A DNA stretch of 64,000 nt from positions 513,537-577,536 of the forward strand of contig NW_018408913.1 of assembly GCF_002113885.1 (NCBI RefSeq), given 5' to 3'. A program made the translations under genes and the position numbers. This stretch comes from Mizuhopecten yessoensis (Eukaryota). This document shows positions 27,338 through 37,879 of this stretch, in pieces (the stretch's first letter is position 1; each line of letters starts with the position of its first letter). Under the pieces are notes generated by a model. It did not search any database. It saw only the letters and a program-made list of their open reading frames with translations, and was not told the DNA's origin.

Positions 27338-28330
27338 TCATAAACATATATAACAACGTACACATATAAATAAAAATAAGGAATGGTAATTATAATTATC
27401 AAAACCTATTGCTGGATTTGATGTAATGTCAAACAATTTTGTATTGATTTCTACCGAAAGTTGAGTATTACCAAACAAAAGTAATTCTAAATCAAAATCA
27501 ACATGCAAGACATTTAAATTTTGGAAAAGGATGCGTCTTTTGTCGTTAAACAGTAAGCACTCACAAAAAAAGTGAAAGGCATTTTCACAGGGATGGCCAC
27601 AATTACAAACTGGACTATCAACAAGATTTACTATATAAAGATCATATTTAAATGGACTACACTGATATCTAAGTTTTGTATGCAAAATGTTTCATTTACG
27701 TTCACCGAAACCTTAGTAGATTGGCGGAGGAGATAGTACGTTCGAAGTTAACGAATTTTTAAAAGAATGTACAGAAGCCAATGATCGTACTGAAAGGTCC
27801 AATGAATTCCAACTGCGAAGAGTTAAAGGTATAAAAGATGAATTTGTTAGAGAAAGCCTGAAAGCAAGAATTCTATAATTATTATTGTTTCTAAGGGTGT
27901 AACGGTTATTTTCTGCAACGGTAGACAGCAATAGGTCATTTAAATAGTCCGGAGTTAATATATTGTGCATCTTATACAAAAGTTGGAGTTTTCTGCGTTT
28001 TCTTCGATTCGAAAGAGTTTCTAGGCCAGATTCAAAAAGTAAATATTCAATTCTGGCAAATGAAGGAAGTCCAGTAATTAAACGAATAGCTTCTCTTTGG
28101 GCTTTCTCTAACATTTCTGTTTCATAAGTTGTAAAACCATCCGACAATTCACAATTTCATAAGTATATTCTAAAACTGGTCAAATAAAGGATTTATCAAT
28201 CTTTAAAATATTATCTCGATGCAATAAGTATTTGAGTCTACGTAAGGCGTTGACTTTTTTCATAACTGAAGTATATATTGCACAAATATGATCGTATAAT
28301 ACATGAGTACTGCTGAGTATATTAACTATA
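27338..28330 (-). mobile_element. 5'-truncated decayed LINE (3' end of ORF2)
   Basis: LEKAQREAIRLITGLP..LFESGLETLSNRRKRRKL..SFIPLTLRSWNSL followed by the C-terminal CNCGHPCENAFHFFCEC Cys/His motif; frameshifted. Confidence 0.82.
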
Positions 28331-29078
28331 ACGATACAGAATACCTTAGGCTTGTTTGAACTCGAGATTAATTCATCGTATATCAGGCTACTGTGCGTTC
28401 TTTTTTGTAAACGTTTAGTTTATTGTTAATCGTTAAATATACAGTATACATAGTTAAGATATCGATACATCTATGTATGTTTCAGAAAGAGGCGCACAAG
28501 AGAAAGTAATACGTTATTTTGATTTTCAATGAAAACTAGTCTTTGAGCAAGTCGTAATTAGACGGAAAAAAATCTGTCGTTTTGTAAAACTGTAGCATTT
28601 TGTATAAAGCCTTCTACATCGTTAATAGTGGTCAGGCTGTAAATATCAACAGAACCACCTGTTATGAAAGATTTGATTATTTACATCATAATCCGGACAT
28701 TGTACATTGTACTTAGACTATCCGCTTATCACACCACTGCGTCCCGACAGTTACTTGTGTGTTGTCTAATCTGAACCAGTCACCCCAGTGTTTATCATCC
28801 GTCACAAATCAGCACACCAACCAGTATAGTCGAGGTCGACCATGGGAACAGAAATAAGATGTCGAGGAACCAACACATAGCCAATAATATTGTCATAACT
28901 TGTATTGTAACCGTGTTGTACATGTGTTAACAGTCTATTCATATCCAAACTATTCCTGTGTAACGGTGCGGAATCGGACAATGGTTGGATATGGGGAGGA
29001 AAAATAGTTTTCAAATGTATTACAAAATATCAATACAATACAGGTACGTAAACTTTGAAAGGTGAACACTTTTACATC

Positions 29079-30443
29079 ATGAAGTTGCTCCGGCATTATA
29101 CTTTGGGAATCCTGTTTGGATTTATCCTCATATTTGCGATTTTATCATACTGGTGTGTTGGACTAAGGATCGATGTAGAGAGAAACATCAACTACTACCT
29201 CTCAAGTAATGAACACAACGTCATCATTATCAATCATGACCTGGAACCCAAACCTAGTCAGGAACCTTTATTTTTTATTCCAAAAGATCAAGACTTGACC
29301 CATAATCAAGATCTCAAAAGCCATCATGAAAATGAAGTGCTGGAGAATCCTTATCAAAGACATAATTTCAACATGAAATCGTCTTTCAATCGGCATAGCT
29401 TTTTGTTTCCTGCGAGAAACTATTCGAGTAATAAAACATGCAAGAATTGTTTTAACATAAATTTTGACTTTCTGATCGAAAATGACATTTGTACAAATGA
29501 TAACTATACGTTAGTCTATCTGATTTTCACTAAATACAGCAACGTTGCCCAACGAAGAGCTCTCAGAGAAACCTGGCTTTCTGACGTGAAAACATCAAGT
29601 GGCCAGACTTATGTGTTTGTAACGGGAAAAGGTCCACAAAGTGACAACTTTAATATCAAAAACATGATTCGTGAGAACAATGACCATAATGATATTCTCC
29701 TAGTGGATTTTTTGGATTCGTATTTGAATTTGACATACAAAAGCATCATGGCTTTCAAGTGGGTGACGCGTCGGTGTCCTAACGCCGAGTTCGTGATGAA
29801 AGTGGATGACGACGTCTGGGTACACAAACCTGAGTTGATACCGACACTGCGACGGAAGGACTTTTCATTAGGCGGGTATTGCATGTTTAATTCTATGCCG
29901 TTCAGAGATAAGAACAGCAAATACTTTGCATCATATGAAAGTTTTCCGGAACGCGTTTACCCTCCATTTTGTTCCGGGACTGCCTATCTCACAAAAATTG
30001 ATGTTATACAAAAAATTCTGAATATCTCACCAAATGTTCCGTTCTTCCATCTAGAGGATGTTTACATAGCTCTCTGTCTAAGAGAACTGCGCATCAGTGT
30101 TGCGAACATCAGGGGATTCAATGCCCATAAACTTATGACATCCAGCTGCTTGAACAAATCTCCATTCGTTATAACGAGTCACGGCCTGAATCCAGATGAG
30201 ATGAGGCAAGTATGGAGAAGTCAGTGCAACTTCAAGGAGTGGATGGGAAAGGGAGCAGCGAACAGGATAAGACAAGCCTACGTTAACAGAGACAGGGAAC
30301 CAGCTGTAAGGAACTACGTTAGAATGAATGCAAACAGCAACAAAATGATAAACAGTTTCCACATTCAAGGTCCCAGACCCATCAATTCGATCAAAAGGCG
30401 CAGGGGAAGACAGCGACAGGTGCCCGTGATGTTTCCTTCATGA
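29079..30443 (+). CDS. Beta-1,3-galactosyltransferase-like (CAZy GT31, B3GALT1/2/5-like), type II Golgi membrane protein, 454 aa, single coding exon
   Basis: ATG at 29079 (MKLLRHY) followed by a signal-anchor TM (TLGILFGFILIFAILSYWCVGL) and stem. GT31 motifs: RRALRETW, DILLVDFLDSYLNLTYKS, FVMKVDDDVWV (DxD), YPPFCSGTAY, EDVYIALC. Confidence 0.92.
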   Translation: MKLLRHYTLGILFGFILIFAILSYWCVGLRIDVERNINYYLSSNEHNVIIINHDLEPKPSQEPLFFIPKDQDLTHNQDLKSHHENEVLENPYQRHNFNMKSSFNRHSFLFPARNYSSNKTCKNCFNINFDFLIENDICTNDNYTLVYLIFTKYSNVAQRRALRETWLSDVKTSSGQTYVFVTGKGPQSDNFNIKNMIRENNDHNDILLVDFLDSYLNLTYKSIMAFKWVTRRCPNAEFVMKVDDDVWVHKPELIPTLRRKDFSLGGYCMFNSMPFRDKNSKYFASYESFPERVYPPFCSGTAYLTKIDVIQKILNISPNVPFFHLEDVYIALCLRELRISVANIRGFNAHKLMTSSCLNKSPFVITSHGLNPDEMRQVWRSQCNFKEWMGKGAANRIRQAYVNRDREPAVRNYVRMNANSNKMINSFHIQGPRPINSIKRRRGRQRQVPVMFPS

Positions 30444-33400
30444 TGAAACTACTTACTCACGTAATACTGTATTGTCAAGGTTTCCCGTCTCAAAATAATG
30501 TTCACCATCACAATTTACCACTAGAGGGTATCGCTTTTGTACTGCCGAGGTGATGGTATTCCCGTTAGGAGGGACTTCAATATAAATCTAAAACGTGATT
30601 TCCACCTAAAAAATAAATGGTTCTAATAGCTGTTTGATTGAATATCTTTTATTCGTATTTCAATAGAAGAGGTCTTAAAAGTGCGACAAAAAAATATTTG
30701 TCATAAAAAACAACAAATCAAAATGGGACCTACAATAAAATCACAATACTAATACATTTACTATGAAACTGATAAATATTAATGAAACGCAATATCCTAT
30801 CAATACACACATAAAGCAGTCTCTTCAAAACTTAATATAGAATACTGTATGCTATTAAAGATTGAATAGATTCACAAGTTACCTGATTACATCATAATGA
30901 TATTAACCAGAAATATATCCTGGTTGATGTCCATATGGTGACTACTTAGGTGGAAAGAGGGAGTGAAAGAATTGTTTTTAGTATTTCAATTTACTTGATC
31001 CATTACTATGTTCTTTTTTGCAGTATAGTCGTTGTAAGGCGGTCTACTCATTTGCAATAAACTTTTAATGTTCCAATCACTTCTTGCTGTGTTCTATTTT
31101 AAATAGCACAAATCTACACCAAAAATACAATATAATTTGTCCACATATCAATCCTTATAAATGAGTTAAAATGAAATTTGAAAAATCAACTGATGCTATA
31201 TGGCACAAACATTAACAGAACATCAATGTTTAGTAAGTCCCTCAATAAAAGTAAACTAGGGAAGTGTTACAAATCATATTTACATAAAACCTGATACAAA
31301 ACATCTCGGCACACACAGTAGTGTACCTTTCCCCGTTCAAAGTAGAGAAAATTTATAATTTTTACAGGACCAAAATGACAGGGTTCTCCTAGTTCCATTA
31401 ATGAGAATGCATTTTCCTTGCCAATTGTGACCTTTTCATTAAGAATGGCTTATCGGAAGGCTTCTTTAAAGTCACTCGTAATAACAATTGACAAGGGGAA
31501 TAACTCCGATCTCAAGAGACAGTATTAAAGAGGCCAACAATGGGTCGTGACCACCAAGGATTGTTATTTTCTGTCCCAACTACATATTTGTAGAGGACAT
31601 TTATACAGACATAGAAACATGTAAAACCAAACAACAACAGAATTGGAAGGTATGATAAAGAGTTCACCTCCAACCATTCGGCACTCACATTGTCCAAATG
31701 CAAAAGGATTTCAATTAATGATTACAAAACAAAATAAATGTTGTTCACTTATCATACCAACTGATATCCATATTGCACACATTGATTAAATGTCTTTGAT
31801 TATAACGTAAATGCACTATTTCACTTAAGTAGATAGGTTCATTTAAATATCATAGGTTCAGAAAAAAAAATCAATACATTCGTATTTACTTTGTATTGCT
31901 TTCTCCATCAACTCATAGATTTAACAAAAAGTGTCCTCCTTACAGTATGTTTCTAATGATTGCTTTACAAATACTCTCTATTTTGTTAACTCTTTAAGCA
32001 GATTCTATCATTAAATACCATATATGCACCATTTTTTTCAAAATATCCTCTATTCATAAGATACCATTACACCCAAATACAAAAACAGATCTAGAAATTT
32101 TAGATGTTTACACTGGCAGTGTATTTCAAAGATAAATCTAGTTCCAGATCACAAAAAAATATCCACAAGTCATGTAAATTACATACCAGTATTCACAACA
32201 TTCACATCACAGGACAAAATCTTAATTGTTACTCATGTTACCAGGTCCATGATAGGACTCTGTCCGATGCTTTTTGAAGATAATACAATGAAATAGGTTC
32301 TCAGTAAGTCCTGTTATATCAATATAAAAACAATCTTTCTCATCCAAGCTGTCATACATCTCGCAATGTTCAATATTTCTGACTTGAGAAAGCTGTATTT
32401 TTCAAAGGAACCATGCAGCTTGAACTTGAAATCAAAGTCAGTTTTATTATGAAATGTTCAGCCTTTATGACAAATTCCACCTACATGACATGTAAGAATG
32501 TATGAAAATTGCAATTTCATAAAAGTGGATTTTCAAGTAAAGTAATTTCTTATTTTTAAGTGACATTATTAAAAATTACAAAACAATGTACTTAAGTGTA
32601 AAACATAAGTTTGTGTGCCATAGAAAAGAGTTCCTTTTGTTCAGCTTGAGTATGAGTATTCTAAATGAATCAATCTGTACATCAACATTCTACTTTGAGT
32701 AACAAACCTCTGTAAAGAACAGAAATAAATACAGAAATAGTTCAAAGTGAAGAGAGGCTTTTAGCCCATCTCTTTTACAACATATCAACATACCAATACA
32801 CATATGGTATTGATAATGACAAAAGCAATTTACTAATTAAGTTCTTTCATAAAACCTTAACAGTAGTGATATGTCATTGTCAGTAAGTCAAAAAACGGTA
32901 AATAAAATAGGTTATCTACAAGTCTTCGTTGGACAGACAACTGACCACATACAGAAATAAAGATATCATCTTGTCCTAAAATTTGAGTTCCTGTCTTAAC
33001 GCATTATAAGTCAAAATAATTAAGAGATTATCTGTTAAGGCACAGAAATTCTTTGGCATGATAACAAACATACTTTGTCTTATTAATCTTTAACAGAAGA
33101 AATCAAACATGGTCTGATGAACTTAATAATCTAACTAGGTTTACACATAGAAACGTTACTTGTTGATAAGGATACTTTTTTCATACCATAACATTTGAAT
33201 GTATTCCTAAAGTTTTCTTTTCCGAGATACCAATATGGAAAATGGTAACATGAAAGAAATGGTGAAAAAATACAGTACAATACCACACTAAAACAGCTTT
33301 AGGAGAAAGAGAAATGAAATCCAGACAGTGCTTCAAATCTAACATACACAGATGTAACACAACAAAACATTGTGACACCAGTATTCTAAATAATAAAAGC

Positions 33401-33661
33401 AATTATACAACAAAAATACTTCACATCCTAATTATGTTATTAAAAATGGTATATTCTGGAGTGTTGTTTTCTTTGTAATACACATTTTCTGTCATTCAGA
33501 ATATAGTTTTTAATCAGTACTATTATGTAGCATGTCTCATTCATATTTGCCTTCCTTTTTTCGCCCCAGGTAATTCAAATACGCTTTCAAACCATACAAC
33601 TAAATAGTACATGTCCCAATCTTCGTAGTAAAATCCTCTTCTGGTACAGCACAAAGGACAA

Positions 33662-36600
33662 TTAATTTGAGACCAAGACATAGATCATGCTGAAAAGAAA
33701 ATTAATTGAGTCAGATAACATATATTTCATTTCAGTGATTTCACAGACTCTTTCATAAACTGTGTTAGAGTTTAATATGGTTCTTTTAACTAAATTAATT
33801 TTAAATAACAATCATTTGAAACAAATTAATGGTTGCTGTCTTGGGTCAGAAAAATTCGGAGCTTTCCTTATAAAATTGTTTTTCATTTAATGATAATGCA
33901 TCAAAAATAAATGTTAGCCAAGACATGAAAATAGCAATCGAGGTGTTATTATGATGTCTTTATAAATAATGCTGTTTTGAAGTCAAATTATATTTGTCTT
34001 GGTATTTATAGGATAACAACAGAATCTAAATATTAATCTTGATAAGGCTTATTTGATTCATTCAAACATATATAGAGAGATAAATTAGCACTGACAGAAC
34101 ATCCACACATACCTGTACAGATAGTAGAAGAAAGAGATCAGGTAGAATGCTAGTTTAACCCATCCTTCCTTTTGCGCTTGACTAAGTTGATCTGCATTCA
34201 TGATAGTAGTGGGATCATACAAGCCAGGTCCGGTCATGATTGGTCGATGTATGTACCTGTGAACAGACAATAGTAAAATCTTCAATAAGAACTTTTTATA
34301 ATGCTGTTTTCAAGTATCCTGAGGTACATATTGATCAGTAACCTATTCGCTACAGTGTGCATATACAATTTCGTCACATCGTTGTACAGGTAAACAATAC
34401 AAATCACTCAGTCATAACATGACAAAGGGACCAGTCAGTTTTGAAACGTTGTGACACGTTTAATAGGTACATATTTTGTGTATAAAGTAAAAATTTGATA
34501 TTAAACATGGATGTTTATCTTGAAATTACAATCTGCTGTCCAGCTGTGAATGAAATATGGCTTTACTGATTAATGCAAGATAAACTAGAAGAATATGATG
34601 CTTACCATTTCATAAACATGAAATAAGTTGTCCTCTTTATTTCACTTTTATTGTGATACCAAAAACACTTATGATTAGTGTAACTATTAAACTGTTTGAT
34701 GATGGCTAACACTAAAAGTAGTCAGTATTCTTATACATATAGGTACTCTTATATATATAGACATTTTACTTAAAGTTACATCCTGTCACTGTTTGCTTGC
34801 TAATTCTATACATAACAGGCAATGTCATCAACTCTTTTTACAATTCTATAATGACACTTTCTAAAACAACGTTATCATTCCTCCAGCTGGACAGTGAGTC
34901 TGCTAGTCAATTTTAAGGTTACTATTATATACACCAATGTAACAATAGAGTTTTACCTTCGAATGTGGTATGTTATGAGGGGTACATTTAGAATGACTGT
35001 CTTCCACTGCATCGCAAACATGAACATCACCGTAAAGAATATGTGTATAAAATACTCTGGTAGCACCAACTGAAATGAAAAGAGACATTGTATGTTATCA
35101 AATACAATATTACATTTTCCTGAGTACCTCTTGTCCAATATTATCATATCAAAAATTACTCATTTAAAACCACTTACCGGGTTTAAACTGCTACATTGAT
35201 CCACTGGATTCTTGTAGTCAGTCTTTAATTCATCAAATGCTATAATCTGAAATGAAAGAAATATGTCTGCATGATTATTATTTTCAACTTTTCCTGATTA
35301 CTCCTTTCAACAACCTATATAGCTACCGATATGAAACTAATATGGTGGATATCCTGCAATGACAGTTTGAAATAAACAAATCATAATATTTGAACAGATT
35401 CTTCAAACCCTGTCAGGGCTTTCAGTTGACCCTTGACATTTTGCAATTTCTGAAGTAAAATGCCCTGCCAGTTCTATAATTTTATAATAAACAGTTACCA
35501 ATTTTTCTTTGCAAAATAACACTATTGATACATACAAAACATTTACTATGCTTTGGTGGTCTGGATGGTAGAGTGGCACTGTGGAAAGCACACTTGTCTC
35601 TCATCAGACAGCAAAGTTCAGGCCAACAAGAGTGATTATTTATAAGTTCTTGCAACTTTTTCGTAATTAATAAAAATAAAGTTGAATTCGAGTGATCTGT
35701 AATGGCTGAAATATGAAAAAAAAATTTATCTTAATAATTTGTTGGTATATTTAATCTGCCATAATTACCAATGCTTTCTTCCACCTTTTTTGGGGGTGCA
35801 AGATACCATTTTAGTCTACACTATTTCACTTTGGATGAACTTGTTAGCACTCTATCATTTTATTGCCAACCCTCTGAAGTTTCACACCAGAAAAAGGTGG
35901 CATGGATAAAATTATAAACTGTGATAACAAAAGCCCACATCTCCAATGTAGAATTGCAAATGAGATATAAAATGTATGTTGTTAGTCCCCTGAATAGTAA
36001 TTAGATTGGTTTGTAACAGTGGATGGGGAAAAATGCACAGCCAGACCAGGGTTCAAACCTGGGGCCCTCCAAACTCTAGATGGTTCTGCTACATTCCTCT
36101 CTCCTTTTTCTAAGTCTTCTCCCTGAAGACATCACTATTTACCACCAAGTTTCAGGTATCCCTTGCCAAGTTTACACCCAATGCCTGAAATAAGGGTTGG
36201 TCAAAGGCAGCACTGTAACATGAGAGGAAAACTGCATCGCCAGACCGGAGTTTGAGCCTGGTACCTTCTGAACTCTAGACGAACGCTCTACACTAACAAT
36301 TGTGAAAGAGGGATTATTTACAGTGATTAGTTTTTTGGATTTTTTTTGTGCAGGGTAAAGGGCTTCAAGGGCTCCAGTGTTGTGCATTGTACTGCTGCTA
36401 CAGGAAGGAGCCTGCTTTGAATTATTGTTTGTGGGAAGAACGAATATTTGTAGGTGTCTTTTGTAGCAGATATGTCTGGTTTGATGGTCTACCAGGGGGG
36501 GGGGTAGCAATAGAGATGTTTTCGGTTTATGCAACGAAATTTTTTGCACGAAATGATGACCTAAAATTTTGAATAGCATGATTTACATTAGCAATCGATG

Positions 36601-37019
36601 GTCAGCTTATTCTGTAATAAGTAAAATAACTCATTTTCAATTTGTCGTGGGGGCAAAGGAGATAAGTTATATCGGACTATCAATTGTGAAGTGGAGTTAG
36701 TTAGTTAGGGGCGAAGCATTAGTAGAACGTCACCATTTAAATAGACATTTACTGTGTTAAGACTACAATAAATTGTGGACTTCTATATAAGACATGTCAA
36801 TGAACTGTCATCTTGGTGTCACACAGTGAGAGAGTTTAGGTTGGCAATGAAAGCGTCCGGTTTGGTGCATTTTCTGAAGTGTTTCGTCATCGATTGGCAT
36901 ACTTGATTAAGGAAACTCAATCTCCGTCTAAAACTTACGTGAAAAATTGCGAAAAATATCAGCACGGCCGATAAAATAAGTGCCAAAATATAGCAAAAAG
37001 CCGCAAATGTGAACGCCAT
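33662..37019 (-). CDS. CNIH1: Protein cornichon homolog (ER cargo receptor), 144 aa. Exons (minus): 37019-36939, 35246-35178, 35069-34957, 34256-34113, 33689-33662
   Basis: Spliced product [56 protein letters not shown]..[10 protein letters not shown]..[29 protein letters not shown]; 435 nt, all introns GT-AG. Confidence 0.96.
36010..36292 (-). mobile_element. Dimeric tRNA-derived repeat (two tRNA-like heads) in cornichon intron 1
   Basis: Minus strand carries two similar modules about 200 bp apart: TAGAGCGTTCGTCTAGAGTTCAGAAGGTACCAGGCTCAAACTCCGGTCTGGC and TCTAGAGTTTGGAGGGCCCCAGGTTTGAACCCTGGTCTGGC. Each is followed by TGCA(G/T)TTTTCC..TGTTACA. Confidence 0.55.
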
Positions 37020-37306
37020 TGTTAGAGCGGAAGTGAACTGTGTCGAAATTGTACAAACCGGAGACGGTGTTCACAGGATCCGGAATTCCTTTCATTTTTA
37101 AATTAAAGCAGTTTATCAGATATGTAATACGATTGAAATTATGATATCACTTGCTGACATCTTCTGTGTAGTTGCAATATCGTAATAGTCACATCCATGG
37201 TCAGTGGCTTTCTGACAAACATGCATTTTTTTAGTTCAGGGCTGACTGTCAAAGGATTGTAAAAAAAATCTAAAATCCTAAAATATGTGTATCTATGTAT
37301 ACAAAT

Positions 37307-37692
37307 AGGGGAGACCGGGGCATATCCCCGGGATAAGCCTTCCGGCCACTCCTGATATTTTCCGGGCTCGAGCAAATATGTAGTAGTACGAGGAATAGCT
37401 AGTGATAAAGAGAGTGCCGTCGCTGGGGCTTGAACCCGCTACCCTTGGTTCTCAAGCCCGATGCTCTACCGCTGAGCTAGAGGGAAATTACTAAAATGGG
37501 AAAGTTACTATGACGTATGTTTCATTCCAACGTAAGCCGAACAGAATGTTTGTCCTAATATGTCCCAAAGCAAGTTCGTGAAAGGCACATGGAATTTCCC
37601 TTCCAAACAGTATAAACACATACACCTCAACAAATGCCATATTGCCCAGATCGACTTTAATAAAAATGGGCCGAACTTGCCCGGTCTCCCCT
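37307..37692. mobile_element. MITE with ~15-bp TIRs carrying an internal tRNA-like sequence, in the cornichon promoter
   Basis: AGGGGAGACCGGGGCA (37307) and TGCCCGGTCTCCCCT (ends 37692); internal tRNA-like segment 37415-37487 on the minus strand. Confidence 0.65.
37415..37487 (-). pseudogene. tRNA-like sequence (pseudo-tRNA / Pol III promoter) inside the MITE
   Basis: CCCTCTAGCTCAGCGGTAGAGCATCGGGCTTGAGAACCAAGGGTAGCGGGTTCAAGCCCC: intact D-arm, A box and B box, but no acceptor-stem pairing and mismatched anticodon and T stems. Confidence 0.6.
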
Positions 37693-37879
37693 GATTTAAA
37701 CATATTATTGTCCCAAACTCTTTGAACAGAGGATTAGACTCAAGTTATATTAACTTATCAACGCCTTTTCCTCTAATAAAGTGCATATTGATATTAATAT
37801 GGTAGCATTTTTCTACAAGGCATACCAGTCTTTTAAGACGTATACGTCTCTGGACAGACATAATATATTTTACAATTAT

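Noticed and set aside
29055-29078. ORF-track start of the GT31 gene
   Set aside because: It is a TTG; the first ATG (29079) directly precedes the signal anchor.
27338-30443. GT31 gene as a LINE-made retrocopy
   Set aside because: Single coding exons are common in this family; there is no poly(A) or TSD, and the neighbouring LINE is antisense and separate.
37415-37487. Functional tRNA gene
   Set aside because: No acceptor stem, mismatched anticodon and T stems, and it sits inside a TIR element.
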